Virus record (IMG/VR): IMGVR_UViG_3300013772_000002
Coordinates: 40,817-104,816 of that record
From: a virus
Length of the DNA: 64,000 nucleotides
Direction: 5' to 3' (one strand)
A program made the translations under genes and the position numbers. The notes under the pieces were generated by a model. The model was not told the origin of the DNA and searched no databases. It worked only from the letters and a program-made list of their open reading frames with translations. Of the stretch, positions 54,577 through 64,000 are shown piece after piece (within the stretch, counting starts at the first letter, position 1; the number at the start of each line of letters is the position of its first letter).

Positions 54577-55000
54577 GTCCTTCGTCACCCTGCGAGAGAT
54601 CGTCAATACCGAACCGAGTTGGGCACGCCGCTATCGCGAACTCTTCGGCTACGGACCCGATGACCCCCTGTATCGAAATGCCAAGACCCCACGAATGCTC
54701 GCCGAACTCCATGCCGACGACATTCGTCACGGACGTCGCAATCTCGACGGCACATTGGTAACCGATGACGAAGACGACGACGAGAATGTCCCTGACTGGG
54801 ACGAGGATACGGACTACCTGGGCGAAGGTAGCGAGCCGGTCCAGATGGATCGCTACGAGTTGGAGCGCTTCCTCAAACGAGGTGGTGCGGATACCGCGGC
54901 TACTCTGGAAGAGCGCGACCAGCTGATGCGCGAACTCGAAGACGAAGCATTAACTGAAATGCTTGGCGAAGTTGGTGGAGGGTATTACGATGGCCGTTGA
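54542..55000 (+). CDS. Tail assembly chaperone extension (+1 frame; probable frameshift product)
   Basis: +1-frame ORF overlapping the end of the chaperone; has only a weak TTG start of its own. Confidence 0.6.
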   Translation, partial: FGTTRLTKESPESFVTLREIVNTEPSWARRYRELFGYGPDDPLYRNAKTPRMLAELHADDIRHGRRNLDGTLVTDDEDDDENVPDWDEDTDYLGEGSEPVQMDRYELERFLKRGGADTAATLEERDQLMRELEDEALTEMLGEVGGGYYDGR

Positions 55001-55400
55001 TCGCTATGTCCTCCGAATCTCTCCCGACGGCACGCCGACCGCGTTGCCGTCACCGCTCGTCATTACTCCCGGCGTCGACACGATCTGGGAATGCGAAGCA
55101 ACCGCCGCCAATGGCGCTGACATTGGCCCGGTCGATCTGACCGCCGCTCGACTTGTCTGGGAATTAACCGCCCTGAGCTTTAGTATCGCAATGTGGATCG
55201 AAGACGCGCCGTTCTTCCTGATCACTGACGGTCCCAACGGTCTCTTCTCGATCAATCTCGCCGCCGGAACGACTTCCTTCCTCGTCGACGGCACCTACCA
55301 ACTCGAGGTCAAGGCGGTAACGAGTGACGGACGGCGGCGGCGAATCATCTGGATGCCGAGCCTGCTCGTTCTTCTTGCCCCGCTTGCCACGCAACCTTAA
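54990..55400 (+). CDS. BppU-N/Ig-like protein; paralog of 17979-18461
   Basis: DLTAARLVWEL..ITDGPNGLFSINLAAGTT..GTYQLEV. Confidence 0.6.
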   Translation: MAVDRYVLRISPDGTPTALPSPLVITPGVDTIWECEATAANGADIGPVDLTAARLVWELTALSFSIAMWIEDAPFFLITDGPNGLFSINLAAGTTSFLVDGTYQLEVKAVTSDGRRRRIIWMPSLLVLLAPLATQP

Positions 55401-55448
55401 TGTCAACCATTAACTCCGTCGACGAACGAATCGACCGGAGGTTTTCCC

Positions 55449-58400
55449 ATGCCCGACGATAATCGCATCGGCGATTTGCAGAACAGTATCCGCGAAACGC
55501 AGGGACAAGTCCAACAGGCCGTTTCTACCGGGCAGAAGACCGCGTCCGCGAGTAGCGACACCAACACGCAAATGCTCAATCGTTCGATTGCTGACCTTGG
55601 CGCGAAATTCGTAAGTCTCACAAAGGCAATTGCCGAACTCGTCAAGGCCACGGATCAAAGCGACACGGAAAGCGGGCGGGACACCGACAAGCTCGAAGGC
55701 GCGATGAAGTCGCTTACCGATGCCCTAAACACAACGCGTGGGGTTGGAGGCGGCATGTCGTCCGCGGCCGGCGCAAGTGGATTTATGGCTGGCATGGCTC
55801 CGGGCATGGCGTCAGCAAACATGGGATGGAATTCCAATCCCACCCTTGCCGGCAAGGGTGGCGCGGGAAAAGAAATGCTCGGTACGTTGCTTTCTACCGG
55901 AACGGGCGCGCCGAGTAGTATTGCTGGCTTCCGTTCCGATGTCAATAGCGCGATGGGTGGTACCTCCCAGCTCTGGCCTGACTACATGCAGACGATCCAG
56001 CAGGTCAAAACGCTCGGCACCGAGATGACCGCCTTCGGTAAGGGTCTTGGCTTCGTTGGTAATAGCGCGATGGACGCCTATCGCCGGATGCAGAAAGTCG
56101 GTGCCGACTACGGTCAGTCGATGCAGCAGAGCCTGCAGCAGTCGCAGCAGATTCTCCAACAGATGTCGTTCACGGGTTCCCCCGAACAGGTCTCGAGTCA
56201 GGTGAATCGCGCCTACAAGAGCGCCACCGGACGTGCGATTGGCTACGGTATGGCACCCTCCGAGATGATCGGCATTCAGGCGCAGCAACAGCAACTGGGG
56301 ATGGACCCGGATCGTCTCGGCAACTCAATCGGCGTGGCGATGGAACGCGCCCAAGCACGTGGCTCTCAGGGCCAGTTCATGGCCTCGATCAATCAGCTCC
56401 TCCAGGCACAGGCACAAAACTCGGTCACTGGACCGGGACGCAGCGGCGATATCAACGCCGCCTTTGTGAGCAGTCTCTATAAGCAGAATGCTGATAATCC
56501 CCTCGCGCGCTCGGCGGGCATGGGGGTCATGGGACAGTTCACCCAGCAATCGGGACAGACGGGTAATATTGATAACAGTCTCGTTTATGCCGCGGTACAA
56601 GCGAGACCGGAAAATCGTGGTAAGGACATGATCGATATTATCGGCCAGGTGCAGGAGATGTCCGGTCCTGAACGCATGCAAGTCCTGCTGCAGCAATCAT
56701 TCCATGGCCGAACGCCAACGGATAAGGAACTCAAACGTTTCAACATGATCCGTGGCATTAGCCCAAACAACCTCCAAGCGGGAGTCGTTGCTGACCGAGC
56801 GGCGCTGGATTTGACTCCCGAGCAGATCGCCCTCCAGCACGCACAGAGCGATACGCGCGCGCAGCTTGGCTTGGAACCGGACAAGGGTGGCTTTGGCGAG
56901 GGAAACCAGTCGGCGCTCCTCGACGCGCTCGCCACGAATACTGATCCAGGAAAGAAGGCACTCTACGACGCGTTGCAGAAAAGCGACAAGGGCAAGGCGT
57001 TCATCAAACAGATCGGTGGCAAGGACGCCTTCGATAAACAAGACGGCGCGGTTTTGCTCAATAATTACAAGAGTTTCAACCCCGGTTTCGATATCACCAA
57101 GGACGATGCGTTCAATGACGTATCGACTCAATTGGCGCAATCGAAGGCGAGAACTGAGACTGCGATGACTGGCAGTGTCACTGATAATCTACTCACGAAC
57201 ATTCGCGATAATCAGCAAAAAGAAGAGGGAAAGGCAGACCTGGCAGCCAAGACGATGGACGGCATTCTTAAGCATGGGCAGGCACTCCTCAACCCGCTCA
57301 ATGCGGTAATGGGATTTACTGGGGTAATCGCTGGGAACTCGATCGCCCAGACGGGCTTGATGAAGGTCTGCTGCATGGGTGGCGGAAAACTGCCTGGCGG
57401 TGGCATGACGCCGGGTGGTGGTGCTGGTGGAACCGGAACGAATGGAATCCCCCCCGGTAAGGCCCTGACTGTCGAGGAGGCAGCACGCAACGCCGGCAAG
57501 GGACGCGCGCTCGCCGGACCGATCTCAACCGCCGGAAAGGCTCTCGGCACGGTGACCGCGATCGGCGCAATTGGCGGTATCTCGGACTCCGCCCTCAATG
57601 CCAATGATGGGCGCTTCGGTCTGCCAACCGTTGATAAAGAAGGCACACAGGGATTGGGTCTTGGTCCTCTTTTGCCGACCCACAGTTCTCTCAAAGATGA
57701 GTTCACTAACACCCCATTCACGCGTTCTGTCGGTTGGGCGCGGAAGAAGTTGGGCTTCGCCTCTGGCGGCACCGTACCGACAACCGTTGGCGAACGTGGC
57801 ATGGAAGCGATCAATCTCCGACCTGGTGACAACGTCACGCCGATGTCCTCACTAATCAATCTTGCTCTCTCCGATCCATCAAAACAACCAGCGACCGAAA
57901 AAACAATGCGCGAACTCCTTTCACTGATACAACAGTCAATCAGGAGTCAAGGCGGTGCGTCGGGGCTTGGCGCCTACGGATTCGGTCTCTCTGGCGCTGG
58001 TGGTTCTGCCCTCTCCAGCGGGACCAACCTTGCAGTGATTCGCGCGCTTCTGGGTGGCACCGGCGCGTTCTCCGGCAACGATAACGGCGTTGTCTCTCCC
58101 GGCGGCTCCGCTGACGTTGGCAGTTGGGGTACGCCCGACGTCCCCACGGGCGGCGGTGTTGCGCCAACCGGCGGCGGGGGCATCGCACCGGGCGGCGGCG
58201 GCAATGATGTCACTGCGCCCGGGGGTGGGGAGGCGCAATGGAACAAGTTCCAGCCACTTGACTACGATTCGTATCTGAAGATCATCAAGGATGGCTCCGC
58301 TAAGGGCAAGCAGAGCCCGTGGGGCAACGAAGAGACCTACAAGCAGCTGATCTCCGCCGCGCAGAGCCGCCAGGTCGATCCCCGCGCCCTGCTCGCCTGG

Positions 58401-60227
58401 ACGAAGCTGGAGAGTGGCAATGGCACAACGAGCGCGGCCAATCTCAACGCGATCCACAATTATGGCGGTATCCAGATCGGCAACCAGCCAGGGGCGACCG
58501 ATTCTGGGTTCGCCGAGCCGGGGTATTCGGTCAACTTTGCCGATTTCCACAGCGATGAGAACTTCTTCAATGCGCTCGCCACCAACCTCTCAACGGGCTC
58601 CTATGCGCAGGATTACCAAAGTGGAAACTTGGATGCGGTCGCGCGCCGCTACGCGAAGTCCCCGGGGAATCGCGTGCAGCAGACGTACGATTACGAACAA
58701 CAATATCCACCCGGACCGACGGCGCCCGGTACGTCCGGGGGTGGTGGACGTACCAAACCGACCCCGAACCCGACCCGCTCTGCGGGTCCACAATCGATCA
58801 CGGCGCAGTCCGTCACGGCGATTAAGGCGCGAGCCGGGCAGACGGCTGGCACTCCCTATGTCTATGGTGGCGGTCATGGGTCTGCGGATGTCGGTGGATT
58901 CGACTGCTCTGGCTATGTTGTCGACCTACTTCACGCGGGTGGTATCAATGTCCCCTACATGACTGCAGGCGGTTTATACGCGTGGTCGAAGACGGGAGAG
59001 GGCGCGAAAATCCTCGACGCCGCCGGTATTGAACTCGGCTTTCTCAACCCCGGTGCGGGCGGTCAAAACGAACATGTCGCCATGAAGGTCGACGGTGTTT
59101 GGTACGAGGATGGGGGCATGCACGGTCCTTCGGCGGGCGCGAGTGCGAATGCGGCACAGGGGCTAAATGTCTTCACCGGACTCGGTATCCCGACTTCGCC
59201 GGACACTCTTCCTGACGCGACTACCGCCGTGCATAGTTTCGGCCTTGTCCCGCCGACGTCAGGTTCTGGCGGCATATCGCAACAAACGAGCGGTACGCTA
59301 CCGCCGGAACTGAATGCCTTTAACCCGAAGAGCAAGCTCTACGATCCGGTCGGCGTCTCGAGTAAATACATGCAAACCGCCTTCGGTGCCAATGTTCCCG
59401 GAGAAACGCCCCAGCAACGCCAGCAACGCGTCCAAGCGGCGATTGACACGCATCAGTCTGAGACTGACAAACAGAATCGCTGGGGTGCGCAAATATCGAC
59501 CGGAACCTTCGATCGCTACGAGAACGCGGACGCCAAATTTGACGATGCCAATACCCAGTATCAACAAATGCTCGCCGCAAAGGAAAATAATCCAGAAGTC
59601 CTTGCCTACTACCAGCAGGCGAAGCGCGAGCAGCAGAGTCACCAGCAATACCTCAATTTCATCAAAGACCCGGCCGCGGCCAAGCGCGACTATCTGGATT
59701 CCCATATTGGCGCTGTTGGCAATGTCGGCAACATCGATCAAGCGATCGCAAACGCCGGCGGTTTCGACTATCAACCTGGGCGAGCACAAACAGCGGTCGG
59801 TTATGATGAGGCGAATAAAGCACAGGCGCAAAAGGACCTCGATAATTATCAGAAAGGTCAGGGTGCGCCGCCAACGACCGTTGGTGGGCTACGAACCGAT
59901 GCGACGGGTGCCGCAGTCGTCAGTTTCCCGCCGGAATTGATTGACTACCTACGCCAGATCGCTGCCAACACAACCCAGACAAATACCATTCTTACCGGAC
60001 AGTCGGGAGGAGCAACGCCCCCCACGTCCCTTTATGACCGCATCGGCAATCCGCAAACATCGCAGCCACCGCCTCGTGGCGGTCCATATCGACGCACGAA
60101 CCCACAGGGTGGCACGGACGAGATCACCACTAGAAAAGGGCAGGTATACGCTAATAGCGACGTCCTGCCAAATGCAGGCGATGTGATCGACGGCGTCCAT
60201 GTTAACCCGAAGAACCGCGGCTATTAA
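55449..60227 (+). CDS. Tape measure protein with lysozyme-like (GH73-type) and NlpC/P60 domains
   Basis: Long Gln/Ala/Gly helical N-terminus; LLAWTKLESGNG..HNYGGI; GTPYVYGG..FDCSGYV..EHVAM. Confidence 0.88.
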   Translation: MPDDNRIGDLQNSIRETQGQVQQAVSTGQKTASASSDTNTQMLNRSIADLGAKFVSLTKAIAELVKATDQSDTESGRDTDKLEGAMKSLTDALNTTRGVGGGMSSAAGASGFMAGMAPGMASANMGWNSNPTLAGKGGAGKEMLGTLLSTGTGAPSSIAGFRSDVNSAMGGTSQLWPDYMQTIQQVKTLGTEMTAFGKGLGFVGNSAMDAYRRMQKVGADYGQSMQQSLQQSQQILQQMSFTGSPEQVSSQVNRAYKSATGRAIGYGMAPSEMIGIQAQQQQLGMDPDRLGNSIGVAMERAQARGSQGQFMASINQLLQAQAQNSVTGPGRSGDINAAFVSSLYKQNADNPLARSAGMGVMGQFTQQSGQTGNIDNSLVYAAVQARPENRGKDMIDIIGQVQEMSGPERMQVLLQQSFHGRTPTDKELKRFNMIRGISPNNLQAGVVADRAALDLTPEQIALQHAQSDTRAQLGLEPDKGGFGEGNQSALLDALATNTDPGKKALYDALQKSDKGKAFIKQIGGKDAFDKQDGAVLLNNYKSFNPGFDITKDDAFNDVSTQLAQSKARTETAMTGSVTDNLLTNIRDNQQKEEGKADLAAKTMDGILKHGQALLNPLNAVMGFTGVIAGNSIAQTGLMKVCCMGGGKLPGGGMTPGGGAGGTGTNGIPPGKALTVEEAARNAGKGRALAGPISTAGKALGTVTAIGAIGGISDSALNANDGRFGLPTVDKEGTQGLGLGPLLPTHSSLKDEFTNTPFTRSVGWARKKLGFASGGTVPTTVGERGMEAINLRPGDNVTPMSSLINLALSDPSKQPATEKTMRELLSLIQQSIRSQGGASGLGAYGFGLSGAGGSALSSGTNLAVIRALLGGTGAFSGNDNGVVSPGGSADVGSWGTPDVPTGGGVAPTGGGGIAPGGGGNDVTAPGGGEAQWNKFQPLDYDSYLKIIKDGSAKGKQSPWGNEETYKQLISAAQSRQVDPRALLAWTKLESGNGTTSAANLNAIHNYGGIQIGNQPGATDSGFAEPGYSVNFADFHSDENFFNALATNLSTGSYAQDYQSGNLDAVARRYAKSPGNRVQQTYDYEQQYPPGPTAPGTSGGGGRTKPTPNPTRSAGPQSITAQSVTAIKARAGQTAGTPYVYGGGHGSADVGGFDCSGYVVDLLHAGGINVPYMTAGGLYAWSKTGEGAKILDAAGIELGFLNPGAGGQNEHVAMKVDGVWYEDGGMHGPSAGASANAAQGLNVFTGLGIPTSPDTLPDATTAVHSFGLVPPTSGSGGISQQTSGTLPPELNAFNPKSKLYDPVGVSSKYMQTAFGANVPGETPQQRQQRVQAAIDTHQSETDKQNRWGAQISTGTFDRYENADAKFDDANTQYQQMLAAKENNPEVLAYYQQAKREQQSHQQYLNFIKDPAAAKRDYLDSHIGAVGNVGNIDQAIANAGGFDYQPGRAQTAVGYDEANKAQAQKDLDNYQKGQGAPPTTVGGLRTDATGAAVVSFPPELIDYLRQIAANTTQTNTILTGQSGGATPPTSLYDRIGNPQTSQPPPRGGPYRRTNPQGGTDEITTRKGQVYANSDVLPNAGDVIDGVHVNPKNRGY

Positions 60228-60239
60228 AGGAGCACTTCG

Positions 60240-61694
60240 ATGACCGATGGTCACGACTACACGCCATTTTACGAAGTCTTCTTTGCCGGCAAGGGCTCTA
60301 AGGCGAACGGGAACAAGCCGCGCCTTGACGCGGTCGATAATGTCATCTCGATCGTCACGCAGAAGTCGATCGGCGACCCCGCCGGGGCGTTCGAAATTAC
60401 GCTCGACGGCACGCATATCGAAGGCAATGCTCGCTGGCGCGAACTGATCGTACCCAACGACTACGTCGAAATCCGCATCGGCGTCCAGCCGCGCTATCCA
60501 GAAGTACGTGTCGTGCTACGCGGTTGGGTTGACAATGTCCGTCTCATCGAAAGTGGCGAGGGACAGGGGTCGCGCCGGATCATTATCTCGGGTCGGGACT
60601 ACGGAAAAATCTGGCTCGTTGTCAAGTTGCTCAATATTTACCCCCCGTTCACCGAAGCAACCGCCCTCCTCCTCAACTTCTATCACTTTTCCGAGGACTC
60701 GCTGATCGACGTTCCCCTCACGCGTTTCTTCCTTGCCGTGATGGAAAAAATCCTCCAGCCGTACGTCGAATTCCAGAAAAAGCGCATTCCGTCAGGCCCT
60801 GACGGCGTGAAGTCTTTTGTCGCCACAAGTGAAATTCAGGACTTCCTCCATCTGGCGAACACCCAGTCGTCAAGTGCGCTGGACATCATCTTCAATTATC
60901 TCAAGACATACCAGAACAGCCCCTGGATCGAGATGTTTGTTCGGGACGACGACGACGCACCTCGCTTTTATCTTCGCTGGGCACGACTCAGGACAAGCGA
61001 GAACAAGTTGATCGATCCCTTCGATAACCCGCTGCCACCTGACCGTCACCACCAGATGGACGAAACAGACGATGTAATCGTCACCAATCTCGGTGGAACC
61101 GACAACGAAGTCTTCAACTGGTTCTACACCGCCAACTCTGCCTTTGGCAATGTCGACCAAGACGTCAGTGCCTTCTACGATCCAGGCGTCAATCCCTACG
61201 TCGCCGGTGACTCGATCGACCTCTACGGACTCAGGAAGATGAACGCAAATACCACCTTCACGCCGACGGCCGAAGGTGACACCGAGGTGGGTCTTAACAA
61301 CGCCGTTGCCAAGCACCGAGACCTGACCGGCCCCCTCAATCTCTGGCTCGTAAAAATGTACAGTTATACCTATCTCCTCGAGAACGGCACGGCCTCATCC
61401 CTCGGCTGGCCCGATTTTCGCGTCGGCGAGGAACTCTACATTCCCGATACGGACATGCAGTACTACATCGAGGGCGTACAACACAACTATATCCATAATG
61501 AAACGTACACAATGTCGCTTACTCTGACGCGCGGGATGAATTACAACAATGGCACGGGTCTGGGCGCCTCACCGTTCAAAATCAGCCCCTACGCGATGCC
61601 TCAATCCTATGGCGACATCACGCCGATCGTCGGCGGAGAGTTTGCTCGTGGGCATACCTTCACCACGGATGGATCGTTCAGTCCTCAGCCGTAA
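60240..61694 (+). CDS. Baseplate hub / tail protein
   Basis: KSIGDPAGAFEITL, GWVDNV, ISGRDYGK, FRVGEEL..YYIEGVQHNY..LTLTRG. Confidence 0.8.
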   Translation: MTDGHDYTPFYEVFFAGKGSKANGNKPRLDAVDNVISIVTQKSIGDPAGAFEITLDGTHIEGNARWRELIVPNDYVEIRIGVQPRYPEVRVVLRGWVDNVRLIESGEGQGSRRIIISGRDYGKIWLVVKLLNIYPPFTEATALLLNFYHFSEDSLIDVPLTRFFLAVMEKILQPYVEFQKKRIPSGPDGVKSFVATSEIQDFLHLANTQSSSALDIIFNYLKTYQNSPWIEMFVRDDDDAPRFYLRWARLRTSENKLIDPFDNPLPPDRHHQMDETDDVIVTNLGGTDNEVFNWFYTANSAFGNVDQDVSAFYDPGVNPYVAGDSIDLYGLRKMNANTTFTPTAEGDTEVGLNNAVAKHRDLTGPLNLWLVKMYSYTYLLENGTASSLGWPDFRVGEELYIPDTDMQYYIEGVQHNYIHNETYTMSLTLTRGMNYNNGTGLGASPFKISPYAMPQSYGDITPIVGGEFARGHTFTTDGSFSPQP

Positions 61695-61715
61695 CTATAC
61701 GAGATACCTCAACCA

Positions 61716-61724
61716 TGTTATAAT
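61716..61724 (+). promoter_or_regulatory. extended -10 promoter element
   Basis: TGTTATAAT upstream of ORF 61775. Confidence 0.45.
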
Positions 61725-61774
61725 GAGAGGGAGCGAGTATGCGCTCATTCCCCACAAATTGAAGGACGTCTTCT

Positions 61775-62344
61775 ATGAATGCGATCGCGTATTTCCTCCA
61801 TCGCGCGAGCGAATTATTGCATATGGCCAAGCCTCCTATTGTCATGCTCCAACAACCGATAACTCATGTCGGTCCTCCCGAAGCCTATCCCAATCCCACG
61901 ATCACCCCTGGCGCGCTCAACCCCACCGTCACCCAGGCAACCATCAAGAAAACGATCGGTGTACCGGGGTGGACGGACAAGATTCGCCCCCCCACAAGCT
62001 ACACCAACGCACTAAAGCGAAAACAGCTGACGGCATACGGATACCCTTCCTTCACAAATCTTGCCGACCTGGAGGAGGATCATTTTATCCCACTCTGCTG
62101 TGGTGGCCACCCTACGAACCCAAAGAACCTTTGGCCACAACGAAGGGCGGGACACTTCGGCGCGAGGACGAAAGACATAGCAGAATCCGCGGCACAGCAC
62201 GCGATATTGAATGGCATCATTACGCTACGAGAGGCACAAGATGGATTTGCGCAAGACTGGGTGGCACTCCATAAGAGGCTCCTTGCAAACCCAAAGATCG
62301 TTGGTTTAATGATGGCAATGGGACCACCTGATGAGGAGCCCTAG
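61775..62344 (+). CDS. HNH-like protein
   Basis: TPGALNP..IRPPTSYT..EEDHFIPLCCGGHPTNPKNLWPQ..KD. Confidence 0.7.
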   Translation: MNAIAYFLHRASELLHMAKPPIVMLQQPITHVGPPEAYPNPTITPGALNPTVTQATIKKTIGVPGWTDKIRPPTSYTNALKRKQLTAYGYPSFTNLADLEEDHFIPLCCGGHPTNPKNLWPQRRAGHFGARTKDIAESAAQHAILNGIITLREAQDGFAQDWVALHKRLLANPKIVGLMMAMGPPDEEP

Positions 62345-63358
62345 ATGAGCAGTAGCCCCTACAATCCCAGTGGCGTCGCGCGCCACCGGGCGCTGGAACA
62401 GTTCGCCTGGTTCAATACCGGATCGAACAACCGTCCGCCACCAATGCCGATCCAGCGCGCCAAGATTATCCAGGTGCGCCAGGAGGAGAACACGGTCGAC
62501 ATCCGATTGACCGATGGGTCGATCGTGCGTCACGTTTCGCTTTCCAGTCCCCACGCTGGCACGAACTACGGCAGCTATCGCACACCAAAGATCAAGAATT
62601 ACATCGACGATGCGGGACCGGAAGGATCGCTTGATACCTACCAGAAAACGGGGGAACGAGATAATTATGTAATGGTTGCCTACTTGGGCGGGACAGATGG
62701 CGCTGACGATATCCAGCGTCCGGTGATCATCGGCAGTATCCTTCCACAAGTTAATCATTTGACGAACAAGGAAATTGGACAGGTCGATCGAACTCCCAAC
62801 GATCAAGTAGAACTTATTACAGATAGTGAACATTTTGCTCAATACGCACCAGATTATACTGGCATATCGCGTGGACCTGATCCCGAGAAGTTTTATCCAC
62901 AGGCTGTCGATCCGCAAATGGAGGGACCGCCTGACTTCGACAATAAATGGAAACTTCACAACGAAGATGATAAGAAGTTCTTTTTTAGCATACGTCAACA
63001 ATCTGGGGACAACACTTTTATCCAGCACCCAGATGGCCGCATGCAATTGCATCATGGTGATGGAAATGGTAGCACACTTTCTGCAATTGAGATGCATCCC
63101 GATGGTCACGTGACGAGCTTTTCTGTCTCGGGACATACGATCCAGTCCCCAGTCGTTACCATCACGGGAAACTTATTCGTAAACGGTAATATTTCAACAC
63201 CTAATAACATCAATGGTGGAAACATCCAATCTCCTGCCGGTGGGGTCCCGGGTCCGCCCGGAGGCGCCGGCGCTGCCGGTACGCCCGGTCCGATCACTCC
63301 GCATGATTATCCACTCGCCAGCCCGCCCCCCAATCCTGTAACGAGTAAACGACCGTAA
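62345..63358 (+). CDS. Baseplate spike (gpV/gp5-like)
   Basis: N-terminal OB pattern (AKIIQVR..TVDIRL..VMVAYLGG..PVIIGSI) and a C-terminal beta-repeat (VTITGNLFVNGNI). Confidence 0.7.
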   Translation: MSSSPYNPSGVARHRALEQFAWFNTGSNNRPPPMPIQRAKIIQVRQEENTVDIRLTDGSIVRHVSLSSPHAGTNYGSYRTPKIKNYIDDAGPEGSLDTYQKTGERDNYVMVAYLGGTDGADDIQRPVIIGSILPQVNHLTNKEIGQVDRTPNDQVELITDSEHFAQYAPDYTGISRGPDPEKFYPQAVDPQMEGPPDFDNKWKLHNEDDKKFFFSIRQQSGDNTFIQHPDGRMQLHHGDGNGSTLSAIEMHPDGHVTSFSVSGHTIQSPVVTITGNLFVNGNISTPNNINGGNIQSPAGGVPGPPGGAGAAGTPGPITPHDYPLASPPPNPVTSKRP

Positions 63359-63379
63359 TCCCTTCCCGGAGTTAATCCC

Positions 63380-64000
63380 ATGGCGACAAAAGGACCCGCA
63401 AGAGGCATAGTACGAGCTCGTGGGGATAGCAGTAATCTTCTCCCTGGGTCAAGTCGCCCATTGCCCTTTTATCTTAGTTTTGGAAATATAGGAGATTTCG
63501 AATATCCAGTTCCTCCCGAATCTATAGACATTGCCATGAATCAGCGCGAAACCGTTTTACAAACGAAACATGGTTACCATGTTGACTCCTGGGGGCCCGC
63601 GCCGATTGAAATTAGCATGCAGGGCACCTTTGGCTGGCGTGAAAGCGATACCTCAAATGGTAAAATGACCGGCAAGCAGAGCTTCCGCTTCTTTGCCAAC
63701 CTTCACCGCGAACGCTCCAAGGCAATCGAGCGTGCCCGCGACAATCCAGAGCGCTTCCTCGTAACATTAGTGGATTTGCAGGACGGCGTATTGATAGACG
63801 CAGTAGCGCCAATGTTCAATTATCACCGCGATAAGTCAAGCCCCCAACTCTATCACTACACACTGAAACTAATCTCGGTCAAGGTGAACGCCCTCTTTCA
63901 GGGGTTCTCTTCTAACATCCCATCGCCACCCCGCCCCTCAACTCCAACCGGATCAACGACCGCCTCGATCTTCTCCTCGACCACCAATACTTTCAATGCC
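63380..64000 (+). CDS. Baseplate / tail-tube initiator protein, 3'-truncated by the window edge
   Basis: ATG after GGAG; FEYPVPPESI..VLQTKHGYHVDSWG..ISMQGTFG..PQLYHYTLKL; frame open to the end. Confidence 0.7.
   Translation, partial: MATKGPARGIVRARGDSSNLLPGSSRPLPFYLSFGNIGDFEYPVPPESIDIAMNQRETVLQTKHGYHVDSWGPAPIEISMQGTFGWRESDTSNGKMTGKQSFRFFANLHRERSKAIERARDNPERFLVTLVDLQDGVLIDAVAPMFNYHRDKSSPQLYHYTLKLISVKVNALFQGFSSNIPSPPRPSTPTGSTTASIFSSTTNTFNA

Noticed and set aside
1-64000. CRISPR array, tRNA/rRNA genes, integrase or transposase
   Set aside because: I saw no regularly spaced repeats, cloverleafs or recombinase motifs by eye. tRNAscan-SE or a CRISPR finder would be needed to exclude them formally.
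51361-64000. Sheath/tube/spike as a bacterial contractile injection system or tailocin
   Set aside because: Terminase, portal, protease and capsid genes in the same module show it is a complete phage.
1-64000. Alternative genetic code (stop-codon recoding)
   Set aside because: Genes are full-length and densely packed under the standard bacterial code, and all three stop codons are used.

Overview
This 64-kb window is part of a large, GC-rich myovirus genome. Its morphogenesis genes follow the SPO1/Twort/A511 (Herelleviridae-like) layout. The left 12 kb holds replication and nucleotide-metabolism genes: the DnaE C-terminus, two HNH-derived proteins, a DarG-like macrodomain, a HAD nucleotidase, an HD protein, class II RNR, a soluble FtsH-like AAA+/M41 protease, a dNMP kinase and a MazG-like protein. 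From 12.2 kb all genes are on the + strand: TerS, RusA, TerL, portal, a ~21.7-kb block of very large low-complexity proteins, a head-tail adaptor, an inserted MTase/RecA/Tat-protein island, a neck protein, prohead protease, scaffold, major capsid, tail terminator, sheath, tube, chaperones, tape measure and baseplate genes. The most striking element is a 3637-aa protein downstream of the portal. It contains up to seven ADP-ribosyltransferase-fold-like domains, an Acb1-like 2H phosphoesterase and tandem PGDYG-like domains. Its domain boundaries carry a recurring hydrophobic-x-K|(S/T/A) motif that matches the predicted capsid maturation site (FAK|TFSS). I infer a virion-packaged polyprotein of host-takeover or anti-defence enzymes that is cut up by the prohead protease. 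All domain calls are by-eye motif recognition, not database searches. I saw no tRNA, rRNA or CRISPR array.
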